DNA of 64,000 bases from Rhynchobatus australiae (taxonomy: Eukaryota). Of this stretch, positions 24,756 to 37,439 are shown piece by piece. A model generated the notes under the pieces. It did not search any database and was not told the DNA's origin. It was given only the letters and a program-made list of their open reading frames with translations. The stretch is from positions 40,943,145 through 41,007,144 of the forward strand of contig JAUZTB010000135.1 of assembly GCA_034780895.1 (NCBI GenBank), in the 5' to 3' direction. A program made the translations under genes and the position numbers. How positions within the stretch are numbered: position 1 is the stretch's first letter; each line of letters begins with the position of its first letter.

Positions 24756-26204
24756 TACACACCCCAACATCAGCTCTGCATCTATCTGTAAGTATTTTAC
24801 ACAGACCATCACCAGGTTACATTAGGGCTTCATTCCTGAGAATTGTCCAGAAGCCAATTTCTCTGATTTCTATGTCAATTTTCTATAGTAATCCATATAT
24901 GCACTTCCTATAATCCTTTCATTTAATAGAATAATTATCCAAATGCTACCCGTAATTAAACTGATGGAATATACACTACATCTGGTCATTAATGAGCACC
25001 ATTAAACATTTTATTATTATTATTACTAGCTTGGGAGAACATATGGGAGAATTTGCGTAAAGTTGGATTTCGGTAAGTCAGGCCATTTGCAACCCAGGAA
25101 GCCCCTGTACTTTGAATGAGATGAAGGGTCAATATGTGGCATATTAAAGAGCACAAGGAAGTTAGCGTCTGCGGAGAAACACGTGAAGTCTGATGTGGCT
25201 CAGCGAATGGTTAAGGACTGTCAATCCTGCATTAAGAGCACACAAATGAATCATTCTTTCAAGTGTCCTTTCATTAAGAAGGGGATGCTAACTGAACATC
25301 AAAAACATATGGAGGTTCCACATGGCATTTCCAAAGATGNNNNNNNNNNNNNNAGGGGTGGAAGTACTTCCTGACTGTGTGCTAGCGTCTGTTAAAGTTT
25401 CTGATTATCGCAATTCATTTGCAAACCTTTCTCTGCTGCCTGGGAGATGGCTGGAGTGGCATTCACTGCGAACACACTGCTGGCCTTGGGGCACCCATTT
25501 TGAAAGGTCCACGTGATGTGAATTGCAAAGTTTACAAATCAGCCCTTGCATTTTTTTTATAATTATGTGTTATTGACCCTTGGAGATTTAAGGATCGTAC
25601 TGCTTCTGGGGCTACCCATCATGGCAACCCCAAAGAGTAGCTATTCACCTCTTTCCCACAGACTATCCCATGAGAAGATAACTTGAAAGTAAGTGCTTTC
25701 TCAGATACCACGGCTTCAGGTTCCAAGCATTAAGTAATAGACTGTATGGTGACAAAGTGTGCACTGTTTTTCCAGAGCTGTGTGACTAACCCATCCCCTG
25801 CACTGAACTGAGACTGCAACTATTCCTGAGTTTCATTGCACTACACCTGAAATTCGACCAGGCATGTTACACTTCTGATTCATTTTCCATGTGAGACTTC
25901 CACCTAATGTTCATCACTTTAAGACATAGCCTGTTTAAATGAGATGGCATTGTTCCAAGGAACAACTGTCGTCGGGAATTTGCAAACTAAGCGTGTCTCC
26001 ACAGTCCAGCTGCCCCATCACTTAAAGAATCACTCGTACTGGAAGTTCAGATTTCTTCAGGCTCCTCTTGAGCTCTCTTGGAGCTATTAGGTCAAGCTAA
26101 TAACTAGCTCCAGTGATCACGGACACTTCTACTGAACTCCACTGACAGGCCAGTGCTTGGAAACAACTTACAGTGGGTGGTTCACTGGGGAACATCTGAA
26201 CACC

Positions 26205-27700
26205 AGGAAAGGGAGCAGGAGTAGGATACTCAGTCCTCAAGCATGTTCCTCCATTCACAAGATTATGGCTGATCTGACCTTAGCCTTAACCCCATTTTGC
26301 TGCCTGTTCCTGGGAATATTTGATACCTGAATAGTCCAAAAATCTGTCTTTCTCTGCCTCAGTTATGTCAAAACGTAGAAAATAGGTCCAAGAGTGGACC
26401 ATTCAGCCCTTCGAAGTTGTGGCACCATTCAACATGATCATGGATGGTCATCCAAATTCCTATTCCTCCATTCCCCTCAAATCCCTTCATCCCTCTAGTC
26501 CTAAGAGCAACATCTAACTCCTTCTCAAATATATTTAATCATAAAATCATTGGAACATGCAGCCCAACTCATCCATGATGGCCGTGATGCCTATGCTAAT
26601 CCCATTTGCCTGCATTAGGCCTGTGTCACTGTATGCCTTTCCTCTCTGAGCATCTGTCCAAATACCTTTTGAACATTGCAATTGCATCTGTCTCTATCAG
26701 CTCCTCCGTCAGCTCATACCAGATATCGACCACCCTCTGTGTGAAAAAGCTTAACCCTCAGACCTCCTTTAAATTTCTCCCCTCTTATCTTAAACCTTTT
26801 CCCTCTAGTTCAAGGCTTCCCTCTCCTGGGGAAAAACACTATGACTATCTATCCTATCTTTGCCTATCACAATTTTATAGACATCTATAAGGTTATAGCT
26901 CAAGCTGCCTATGTTCCAGTGAGAATAAACCCAGCCTATCCAATCTCTTCTTAAAGCAACTGCCCTTTCACCACATCCTTCTCTGGTGTGGTGACCAGAA
27001 CTGTACGCAATAGTCCAAATGTGGTCAACTCAGTGTTTTGTACAGTTGCAACAGAAGCCAGCTCTTATACTCTTAATGACTTGTTCTAAGCTGTTTTCTG
27101 TGGTAGAGAATCCCACAGGTTCATTAGTCTATGGGAGAAGAAATTTCCCTTCATGTCAGTATTAAATGGTTATCCCCTTATCCTGAAGCTGTTACCCTGG
27201 TTCTAGATGCCCCTGTGAGGGGAAATATCCTCTCAGCATATATTTCTAACAGATGCTTAGTAGCTTTCCCACTGATAATCCACTGTAAAAAGCAGAGTAA
27301 GTCCTCCCTCCTAGACGATAGAGAAATTTCCCTCTGAATCTTTTACGTTTCAATGAGATCACCTCTCATTCTTCTAAATTCAACTCAACCTGCCCAAATT
27401 CAACTCAACCATTCCTCATTAGACAAATCTTTCACCCCAACAAATATCAAAGCGAACCTTCTCTGAGCTGCCTCCAATGTATCCCTCCTGAAATAAAGAG
27501 ACCAGAATGGTATACAACACTTCAGATGTGCTCTCACGTACATCCTGTGTAGGCGCAGCAAGGATTTCCTTCAGTTGCATCTCCTCCCTCTTGCAATAGT
27601 TATCGCCATCTCCAAATGTAGATGCAGGCCTGCGTTTGGCCTCTATCCTTCTAAACCTTTCCTATCCATGTACCTGTCCAAGTGCCTTTTAAATGTTGTT
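26205..27700 (-). mobile_element. Cluster of stacked CR1 3' fragments (several subfamilies)
   Basis: Repeated CR1 tails near 26205, 26373, 26540, 27610 and ORF2 motifs (GGTGACCAGAACTGTACGCAATAGTCCAAATGTGGTC is the reverse complement of RPHLDYCVQFWSP). Confidence 0.85.
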
Positions 27701-27774
27701 AATCAATGAGATGCAGGATACCTGAACTTTGGGACAATAGGCATTACCAAGTTGGGAACAGCAGGGAGCTGAGA

Positions 27775-28727
27775 GCTCTGTTGTTATCACTGTCTGCAGC
27801 AGAATCTCAGATGGCGATGAGGAGGTGTACAGGAGTGAGGTAGATCGATTGGTTGAGTGGCGTTGTAACAACAACCTCGCAATCAACATTAGCAAGACCA
27901 GGGAATTGGTTGTGGACTNNNNNNNNNNNNNNNNNNNNNNNNNNNNNNNNNNNNNNNNNNNNNNNNNNNNNNNNNNNNNNNNNNNNNNNNNNNNNNNNNN
28001 NNNNNNNNNNNNNNNNNNCCTCGCAATCAACATTAGCAAGACCAGGGACTTGGTTGTGGACTTCAGGAAGGGGAAGTTGGGAAAACGCACACCGGTCTTC
28101 ACTGAGGGGTCAGCGATGGGAAGGGTGAGTAGCTTCAAGTTCCTGGGAGCCAACATCTCGGAGGATCTATCTTGGGCCCAACACATTGATGCAGTTGTGA
28201 AGAAGGCACAGCAGTGGCTCTACTTCATTAAGAGTTTGAGGAGATTTCAAATGTCACCAAAGACACTTGCCAATTTGTACAGACGTACAGTGGAGAGCAT
28301 TTGCCTGGTATGGAGGCTCCAATGTACAGGATCGAAAGAGGCTGCGGAGGGTTGTAGACTCAGCCAGCTCCATCATGGGCACGACCCTCCCGCCATCGAG
28401 GACATCTTCAAGAGGCGGTGCCTCAAGAAGGCAAAATCTATCATTAAGGACCCTCTCCACCTGGGCCATGCCCTCTTCATATTGCTGCCATCGGGGAGTG
28501 GAGCCTAAAGACCCACACTCAACATTTCAGGAACAGCTTCTTCCCCTCTGCTTCAGATTTCTGAACAGTCCATGAACCCACGAGCACTATTTCATTATTC
28601 CTCTTTTGCACAATTTATTTAGTTTTGTAACTTGTAGTCATTTTTTATGTCTTCATGTCTTGCACTATACTGCTATCACAAAACATCAGATTTCACAACA
28701 TGTCAGTAATAATAATTCTGATTCTGA
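27775..28727 (+). mobile_element. Rex1/Babar-type LINE, 5'-truncated RT C-terminus and 3' UTR
   Basis: YRSEVDRLVEWRCNNNLAINISKTRELVVDFRK..VSSFKFLGANISEDLSWAQHIDAVVKKAQQWLYF; (ATTCTG)n tail; frameshift near 28300. Confidence 0.92.
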
Positions 28728-29168
28728 GATTATTATGCAAACTAGAACTTGTCACTGCAGGCAGAAGGATTGAAATTCTGACTTCTTTAAAACCTCATTT
28801 ATACAGCTGCTTACAGTGCCACTGTAAACATTTCAGTCAAGATCAATGTGTTAGCAAAAGTGTCTGAAACACAACAGAATAGAGCAATATTTGACCATCA
28901 GGGCTTGGCCCAGACATTGTGTGAAACTCAGTTCTGTAAGTACTCAGTCCGTCCAATCCCTTGGCCACTTAACAGACTGGCAGCTGAATCATCTTTAAGT
29001 ATGTTGGTAAGTAGTCATGCCCCAATGATGGATAAGGTTTTGCCACAGCAGGACTCTCTCCTGGTGGGCACATTGCAATTCAGGGGCAGGGTCTTGTTCC
29101 CTAGGTATCAGCTATGTTTCACACTCAACAGCTGCTGATTTTGGACTAACAGTGCAGTTTGACTGTAG

Positions 29169-29309
29169 CCATAGTCAAGTCCTGTATAATTTTGCAAGAT
29201 GATCCAATCACTGACATCAGCAGAACATTGGACACCAATCTGATCACACTGCATTCAAATTGCATAACATTTGATAATAAAAACATAAAGGATGTGTTCC
29301 CTTTATCAG
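29169..29309 (+). other. Candidate 141-nt phase 1-1 exon of unknown gene
   Basis: CTAAC branch-like motif ~18 nt before TGTAG|; consensus donor CAG|GTAAGT; open frame xIVKSCIILQDDPITDISRTLDTNLITLHSNCITFDNKNIKDVFPLS; no homology recognised. Confidence 0.22.
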
Positions 29310-29954
29310 GTAAGTATAGTGTTTGCTTACATTATGCTAATATGGTCACAGATGATGCAGTGCACAAATTCTTAACAGATAGGGTTAAGGATGTACCAAG
29401 GGAATATTATGGGTGGGTATAAAACTGACTGCTGCCTCACAAGCAGTGATTAACAGTATCATAAAAAGGCAAGATCCACCCTTCTTCTGCCTAAATTGAA
29501 GGCATGTATTAGGACTCTGGAAGATGTGGAAATTAAAAATGAAGGAAGTACAAAGCAAAATAAATAAGAAAAGTGGATGGAGTAGAGAAATTCAATTCAC
29601 TGCTGCCCACCTGTGTAACATCAGAGTTATGCCCGTGGCTATGCAGTTTCACCTGGCATGACTAAACCCTGGAAAGTCCATCTTCTCAAGTATCTGTGGC
29701 ATCTGCCCGAAACACAGATAGCTGGGGGGCTGCTGAATAGAAGACCTGATGTCTTTGTTGGATGAACAAAACATCTCCAGCTCATTGAGGGCACATAAAA
29801 AGCCACACCCCAAAATCCCACTCCTTCACAGCCCTCCTGAGAGGATACTTAACCCATGTATCCAGACCCAATCTGCTGCAGGTTCAGCTTTAAAGACTGG
29901 TGAACTTTCCCCTGTGTGAATGGCAAATGTCAGTGGGTTGAGTCTTTGCTACCC

Positions 29955-31330
29955 ATATTTTTTTATTTCAAAAATAAATTCTATTCATAAAAAAGATATA
30001 CAAGTACAAAAAACACAGTGCATGGCTTTCTTTACAGTCTATACATTTATAATGTTACCGTTTCTATATTCTGGTATTGTTCACACATTTTGTGTAAGAG
30101 TACCATTGCCACTCATGTGGCCTCCTGGGCTGATACAAACTTCAAGTGTTTGACTGGCTTCTACCCTGGATTTAGCACTTCAACGCCTGGTGGCAGAACA
30201 ACCCGAGACTGCAATCCTCCCCCACAAAGCCTTTATATAGGCTGCACCAAGCTTCAGTGTATCCCTTGGCACATACTCTGTGGTCTGGAATGTGCCAGTC
30301 AGCAGCATTCCCTCATGGATGTCTTATTGTACTGGAAGACCAACAAGTTTCAGGCAGACCAAAGAGCATCTTTCAGAACTCATGATCTTCCAGCAGCACT
30401 TGATGTCCTTCTTGGTATGTGTCCCTAGGAACAGCCCATAGATCAGAGAATCTTCTGTTATGCAGCTGCTTGGGATGAACCAGTACAAGGACGCTTGCAT
30501 CCTTCTCTACAAGCTCTTTGAAAATACACAGTTCACACAGAAGCAGGAGACCATCTCATCTTCATCACAGCCATCACGAGGGCATTGGGAGTGAGATTCC
30601 AAATGTACAGGAAGGATCTGACAGGAAGGGCCCCCCTAACCACCAGCCAAGTGAGGTCTTTGTGCTTGTTGCTGAGTTCTGGCCAAGAGGCCTTCTCCCA
30701 GATGACTTGGACTAGTCTGCTCAAGGAACCATCCCAGAGGATCCATCATATCCTTGTCCCACAGAGCCTGCAGAACATTCCGGGCTGACCAGTAGTAGAG
30801 GCAAGAACAATTACAACATTTAAAAGACATTTGGACAAGGCTGTGGATAGGAAAGGATTAGCAGGATATGGGCCAAACACAGGCTAATGGGACGAGCTCA
30901 GGAAGACACCTTGGTCAGCATTGAAGTGGGCCTGTCTTCATGTTGTACAACTCTATGGCTCTTCCTCATGGATTCTAGCATGTTGCCTGCCACTTCTAGT
31001 AGATCCAGGCCTATCCAATCCACAGCACTGAGTTCAACTCAGCCAGTAAGCTGTCACTTCCAGGAGTTTTATTTGAGTCAAAGGAATGAATGGAAACAGT
31101 CAGCTCTTCCACGGTTACTGGCTGGCCCAGACTCCACTGCTTGCTGTTATCTAAGATATCCTTGACAGAGGACAGGAAGTTCTGGGAGGCTGTGATGTCT
31201 CTGGCCTTTCTACAGACCAGTATAGAAGGATCTGCAGATCCTCAGTATGTCCATTTGCAAGGAAGTTGCTGACCCATCATCTTCCTGAAGGCTGTTTATC
31301 ATAGAACTCCCTCTGGAAGCTATTGGAAGA
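29955..31330 (-). mobile_element. Tx1-like (L1 clade) LINE 3' portion, interrupted by CR1
   Basis: VIWEKASWPELSNKHKDLTWLVVRGALPVRSFL (zf-RVT-like region); A-rich tail at ~29957-29975 on minus strand. Confidence 0.8.
30788..30960 (+). mobile_element. CR1/HER1 3' end nested in Tx1-like element
   Basis: GTAGTAGAGGCAAGAACAATTACAACATTTAAAAGACATTTGGACA..GGATATGGGCCAAA..CTCTATGGCT. Confidence 0.88.
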
Positions 31331-31407
31331 AGTGTGAGCACATCTCACCCTCCTCCATGGAGCAGACTGTGGATCAGTAGATTATCTTGGAGGATACAGA
31401 GGGAAAG

Positions 31408-31755
31408 TGTCACAATGTTGAGCGAAGAGCAAGCTCAGAGAACTCAAATGCAGCACACTGGTACAAGACTGGAGTCAGGATACTTCCTCAGGACCAAACA
31501 CAGGCNNNNNNNNNNNNNNNNNNNNNNNNNNNNNNNNNNNNNNNNNNNNNNNNNNNNNNNNNNNNNNNNNNNNNNNNNNNNNNNNNNNNNNNNNNNNNNN
31601 NNNNNCTAGTGCTAGAGAAACCCAGGTACTTATGCTAGGCCCCTGATGGGGCTCAGATGTGTGTCATTATGCAATCAGTCCAACATGGAATCCATGTGCT
31701 GTACAACAAGGCATCAAAGGAGCCAAATTGAGGGCCAGTACTCAGAATCATGACA
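31408..31755 (-). mobile_element. Solo LTR copy 2 with 5-bp TSD GAAAG
   Basis: TGTCA...TGACA termini; GAAAG at 31403-31407 and 31756-31760; 100-N gap inside. Confidence 0.92.
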
Positions 31756-31999
31756 GAAAGACTGTGGCCTGCTGGCTTTTGAGCTTTTGCTACCTTTGGC
31801 TCCCCTCCAGTAGCTAAATAGGATCCAAAGCCAAGTCATCACTCCTCAAACCTGGGCCCCTTTTGTGTGCTTGTGCATTCTCCTGGCTAATACTTTTTGG
31901 TAGCTGCTTTCTTCCTTCGGATAGCTTGCAGTTAACATTCCAATCCATTAAAACTCATCAAATTAAGAATTAAAATATAACCAGACAATAATGACAGTG

Positions 32000-32150
32000 T
32001 CCTTACATATATGGAGATGTTAATATAGTCAAATGTCCCAAAGTGCTTCATGGGAGCATGATCGAGCAAAGTTTGACTCTAAGCCACATGTAGGAATATA
32101 ATGGCAGCTGAGATTGGTTTTAAAGAGGAGGAGAGAGAGAGTGAAAGAGA
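32000..32150 (-). mobile_element. L2 3' end relic
   Basis: ATGTCCCAAAGTGCTTCATGGGAGC..AAAGTTTGAC; reverse complement of the L2-like end at 17195-17355. Confidence 0.5.
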
Positions 32151-34039
32151 ATCACTGGAACTCAAGAATGTGACATTGTCTTCTGAATCACCTGGGATTA
32201 AACATCAATAATCCTTCTATAATATTCCAATATTATTCAATTTGGAACTTACACTCAAGACAAACACTAGGTGTTTGTGCTCTGCCTGTTAAACTGTTTG
32301 GGTGGTAAATTGCTTTTTAACTGATTCCTAAACTACTTTAGGAATCTGCTATAATCCGAGATTTCAAATAAGTGAAACTGTCAGATTGGCTGATTATGGT
32401 ATTCATAATAAGCCTATTCTTAGTCAACCTTTGATGGAGCCTAAAGTGAGTTCACTTTGCTTGTCATTTTGACTTTCTGCTTCTTTGCTCTGTAAATTCA
32501 GGGAAGGATTTGCTAGAGAGCAATAGAAGCTGTGTTGTCAGATTTACACAATTTTGTGTTTTGAAAAGAATCTATTTTTGTTCTGCCAGTACCTTTCCAT
32601 TTTTTGTTGATACACATAGAAGGTCTGTGGAACGTTTGGACCTTCTTACAGTCACTGCTAGCTTAGAATCTGAAGTAGGTGAAAGGTATTACTTTGTCTG
32701 TGTTGCTGAAAGAGTCCAGTTGTGTTTAAGAATTTCATCTGCCACGTAAAGTTTTCTTATATATGTCCAAGAATCTTTCTTTGTTTGAGCTGCAGTGATA
32801 AAGCAAAGGTAGGCTTTTTGCTTTGTTTGTTGTTTCAATTGCAGATTCATTACGAGTTAATGGCCATGCATGGAATAAAAGCTAAAAGCAGCAATGATAA
32901 ATGTACACTTAATTTTTGGTTGATATTTAATACTTTAGTGCACACTGGTTGGAATAAATATTTCACAGCATCAAGGAATTATTTGCTACAGCAACTTGAA
33001 GACATAAATTCCAGTTGACCAACTGTAGGCTGGCAATCCCCAGGGATAATAGGTTCTATGTATTTTAATTAAATGCTGCATACAGACATAACTCAATACC
33101 AACATTATTAGTTGGCCAGCTTCTCCAGTAATTAAATGCAAAGATTATTATTAAAAAAATTCATAACTCTGAATATTGCCTTGGTTCCATGGCATACTTC
33201 AATCAATTACTTTAATATTATTCAAGAAGTTATTATAGGATCCTGACAAACCAAGAATGTGGATGGTTGAGTTAAAAAGCAGTAAAGTTTACCAGATTTC
33301 ACTCTACGAATATCCTCCTTGAATTGAATTCCATTTGAAACATAATTTCCTCGTTTGAGCCATATTCTGCAGCCAAGCTTAGTTAAAAAGTAACAAACCT
33401 GTGGAACACTATTTTTTAGCTACCTTGTCATTACTTTGCAGTTGAAGAACACATAGTCTTATTTTTGATGAAGTAAAGAATTATTTTACCAATTACCTAA
33501 CATTCGACATGTTGAAAGTGAACACATATGTGTACAGAGAAAAAAATGTTATTGCTTCATATATTTATCTGCAAGTTTAAATATAGCAGGAACAACTGTG
33601 CTAAGTACATTTGTGTTCCATTATCTATATTATTGGCCAATTTGTTTGATGCACCTCAATTTTGTTTTACCGGTTTCATATCTTATTAAAATTACTTATT
33701 CTAGGATTTTAATTTAATCTAAAATCATAGAACTTACTTAGGGAGGTTAAGAGTTTTCTTNNNNNNNNNNNNNNNNNNNNNNNNNNNNNNNNNNNNNNNN
33801 NNNNNNNNNNNNNNNNNNNNNNNNNNNNNNNNNNNNNNNNNNNNNNNNNNNNNNNNNNNNCATCTCATGACTTTATTTTTTCTCTCCTTATTCTTAAAAC
33901 TTGTATTTCAACCAGTGTTCATGCATGGAACTGTCTTTCAGTTACCTTTAAGTTGGATCATCTGTAAAGAAACATGAAATTGGCCAAGAAATTTTAAGCA
34001 GTGTTAAGTTTATTTGTGCCCAGAAACAAATTAAAATAG

Positions 34040-34640
34040 AACAGGATTCGCTAGAGGAACTCAGTGGGTCAGGCAGCACCTGTAGAGGGAAATGGACATT
34101 CGATATTTTCGGTTGAGACCCTTCATCTGGACTGAAAGATAGAGGGGAGATAGCCAGTATAAAGAGATGAGGGGGAGGATTGAAGCAAGAGCTGGCAAGC
34201 GATAGGTGGATCCAGGTGAGGAAGTGGTAGATGGACTCAGTAGGGGTAAGGAAGGGTGAAGATACTGACTGGGAGATGGTTAGTGGGCACAACAAAAGGC
34301 TGCATATTATGGAGTCTGATAAGAAAGGAAGATGAAGAGTGGACCCACATAAGGGAGGGACTGGTGGGNNNNNNNNNNNNNNNNNNNNNNNNNNNNNNNN
34401 NNNNNNNNNNNNNNNNNNNNNNNNNNNNNNNNNNNNNNNNNNNNNNNNNNNNNNNNNNNNNNNNNNNNNNNNNNNNNNCAGTGGGTGGTGGGGGGGTGAA
34501 AAGAAGGGCATGTGTGAGAGAAGACCCGGGTAGATCAGGATCAGAAAGAGAGAGAAAGGCGCAGAGGGGGAGCATATTACCTGAACTTGGAGAGTTCAAA
34601 GTTCATACAGTTAGGTTGAAGACTACCCAGGCAGAATATG
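34040..34640 (-). mobile_element. Penelope-like 3' tail / pseudo-LTR
   Basis: Homologous to 20145-20675; contains hammerhead-like CCAGATGAAGGGTCTCAACCGAAA on minus strand. Confidence 0.8.
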
Positions 34641-34647
34641 TTGTACT

Positions 34648-34918
34648 AGAACATAGAAAGTGGAACATAGAACAGGACAGCACAGAACAGGCCCTTTGGC
34701 CAACATAGCTAATCCCCCCTGCCTACATAATGCCCATATCCCTCCATTTTCCTCTCATTCATGTGCCCATCCAAGCCCATGTTAAAAGGCCCCAGTGAAT
34801 TTGCTTCCACCACCCTATGAGGCCACACATTCCAGGCATCCACCACTCTGAGTTAAAAACTTACCCCTCTCGTCTCTTCTGAACCTACCCCCTCTCATCT
34901 TAAATGCATGCTCTCTGT
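34648..34918 (-). mobile_element. CR1/HER1 3' end
   Basis: (AACATAG)n tail, CAGCACAGAACAGGCCCTTTGGCC..CATTCCAGGCATCCACCACTCTG. Confidence 0.85.
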
Positions 34919-35210
34919 ACTGCTCTTATAATGTGCATTTGGCTTCACCAAGGCAGAGGAGACTGAGGATTACCACATTCACAACTGGAACACAATCATA
35001 TGAACACAACTCCCAACAACTTTCTGCACAGCTACTAAAGGGAAATTATTGTAGGTGTCCGACAGTGGCAATGCTCACTATTGTGGCCAAGGAAGAGAGA
35101 GGGCCTGCAGGGAGAGGAAGAGAGCCTTCACATCAGGTCAAAGGGGCATGGGCATTTTCATTAGCCTGAGAAAGGTATCATTCCCACAGTTTTCCAGACA
35201 CCAAGACCCC

Positions 35211-35430
35211 ATGGCTTCCATGGAGGAGAGAGATGCCACAGAGGAGAAGGGGAGAACTCCCAGATTCAGTCAGAGGAAGTCCATACCATACCAGGAGGGG
35301 GTCCTTGTGCCAAAGGAGCCAGGTGATCGTCCAGATCCACTATCCAAAGAGCCACAGAAGATGGCTCCGGGTTCTCCTCCAGGTGTGAGTATCCCCAGTC
35401 AATGATGCAACATGGAAATAAATCTCATGT
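35211..35430 (+). mobile_element. Possible Harbinger Myb/SANT gene 5' relic
   Basis: MEERDATEEKGRTPRFS..EGVLVPKE resembles the RxPRFS..VLFP start of Harbinger Myb/SANT proteins. Confidence 0.4.
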
Positions 35431-35614
35431 GCCCACAGAATCTGTTGAGTAATGGATCAGGGTTAGTGTAAATGGGTGCCTGATGGTCAGTGCAGACTCA
35501 ATGAGCTCTGACTCTATGACTCTCTGGTCCATGCTTCCATCTCCACCAAGCAGCCCTTTCTCATGGCACTTTGCCATACAACCTTGGAAAGTGCGACATG
35601 CTTAGTTATTACAA

Positions 35615-35983
35615 TACAAGTGACCATTGAGTCATGCCAGCCCCCAGCAAAGCAATCCCATCAAGTCGCCTTCCCCTCATTTTATTCCCTTGTGGCTCTG
35701 CGACTTCTACTCTCGCACATCTGCACCAACATGCTTTTTGATTCTTTCACCACTTACCTACACAGAGGGGTAATTTACAGCAGCCAATAAAACTACCGAC
35801 ATCTCTGGGATGTAGGGGGAAACCAAAGCACTCAGGAGGAGGCCCTCATAGATACAGGGAGAATGTGCAAATTCCACAGAGGCACCACCCAAGGTCAGGA
35901 TCAAAGGTACGTCTCTGGAGCTGTGAGGCAGTAGCACCAACGGCTGCACTACTGTGCCAGCCTGCTGCACCACTGTGCTGCCC
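35615..35983 (-). mobile_element. HE1-like V-SINE
   Basis: GGGATGTAGGGGGAAACCAAAGCAC..GGGAGAATGTGCAAATTCCAC..CTGGAGCTGTGAGGCAG; duplicated head GCTGCACYACTGTGC. Confidence 0.8.
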
Positions 35984-35989
35984 ATGCAC

Positions 35990-36600
35990 ATCTGCCCGTT
36001 GCCCGGTTCCTTTCCCACCACCCAGGGACCAAACAATTGTCCAGATGAAGCAGCGATCCACTTGCACATCTTCCACTTCAGAATGCTGCATTCATTGCTC
36101 ACAACATAGTCTCTTCTACATTGAAGAAACCAAATGCAAATTGTGTGACTGCATTGCAGAAGACGTCATTCAGTTTTCAAGGGTGATCCTAGATTTCAGC
36201 TGTCTGTCAGTTTAATTTTCCATCCCACTCCCACTCTTACCTCTTGAGAAACAATACTTCATCTTTATTGCAACTTCAGGACTCAATATTGAATTTAACA
36301 ATCTAAGGTAACCATCTTCCTCATCTGTCTCCACAGAGGCTACACCATTTTGCTTCAATTTGTTTCTTTTCTTTTTTTCCTGTCTTTAACTAATTATTTT
36401 TAATTCTGACCTTGATAATTTTGGCCTGCACCTTACCACGGATGTTCCCTCTTATTCTCTCCACATCCACCCTCTCTGCAACTTAATACACACTTGTCTC
36501 CTCACTTTTCCAGTTCTGATGCAGTCGACTCTGTTCCTCTTCCCACAAATGCTGCCTGACATGCTGAGTGCTTTCAGCATTTGCATTTTTCATTTCACTT
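35990..36600 (+). mobile_element. Penelope GIY-YIG endonuclease relic plus 3' tail
   Basis: QMKQRSTCTSST..CCIHCSQHSLFYIEETKCKLCDCIAE matches FTCxSxNxVYCIxCxxCxxLYIGETKRxLxxRFxEH; tail AAATGCTGCCTGACATGCTGAG. Confidence 0.82.
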
Positions 36601-36691
36601 GGATTCCACCTCTACATTTCATCTTCAACCACTGAATATACTCTCAGGGAGATAAGATCAACTTTGTCAAGCTCTGCTCTCCTGGATTCCA

Positions 36692-37439
36692 NNNNNNNNN
36701 NNNNNNNNNNNNNNNNNNNNNNNNNNNNNNNNNNNNNNNNNNNNNNNNNNNNNNNNNNNNNNNNNNNNNNNNNNNNNNNNNNNNNNNNNNNNNNNNNNNN
36801 NNNNNNNNNNNNNNNNNNNNNNNNNNNNNNNNNNNNNNNNNNNNNNNNNNNNNNNNNNNNNNNNNNNNNNNNNNNNNNNNNNNNNNNNNNNNNNNNNNNN
36901 NNNNNNNNNNNNNNNNNNNNNNNNNNNNNNNNNNNNNNNNNNNNNNNNNNNNNNNNNNNNNNNNNNNNNNNNNNNNNNNNNNNNNNNNNNNNNNNNNNNN
37001 NNNNNNNNNNNNNNNNNNNNNNNNNNNNNNNNNNNNNNNNNNNNNNNNNNNNNNNNNNNNNNNNNNNNNNNNNNNNNNNNNNNNNNNNNNNNNNNNNNNN
37101 NNNNNNNNNNNNNNNNNNNNNNNNNNNNNNNNNNNNNNNNNNNNNNNNNNNNNNNNNNNNNNNNNNNNNNNNNNNNNNNNNNNNNNNNNNNNNNNNNNNN
37201 NNNNNNNNNNNNNNNNNNNNNNNNNNNNNNNNNNNNNNNNNNNNNNNNNNNNNNNNNNNNNNNNNNNNNNNNNNNNNNNNNNNNNNNNNNNNNNNNNNNN
37301 NNNNNNNNNNNNNNNNNNNNNNNNNNNNNNNNNNNNNNNNNNNNNNNNNNNNNNNNNNNNNNNNNNNNNNNNNNNNNNNNNNNNNNNNNNNNNNNNNNNN
37401 NNNNNNNNNNNNNNNNNNNNNNNNNNNNNNNNNNNNNNN
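36692..37439. other. Assembly gap (748 N)
   Basis: Run of N. Confidence 1.

Noticed and set aside
27875-28062. Direct repeats flanking 100-N gaps (also 10263/10372 and 24373/24487)
   Set aside because: Near-identical sequence on both sides of a fixed-size gap indicates unmerged contig overlaps, not real duplications or TSDs
27825-28508. 227-aa ORF as a host gene
   Set aside because: 5'-truncated, frameshifted Rex1/Babar RT fragment that includes a gap
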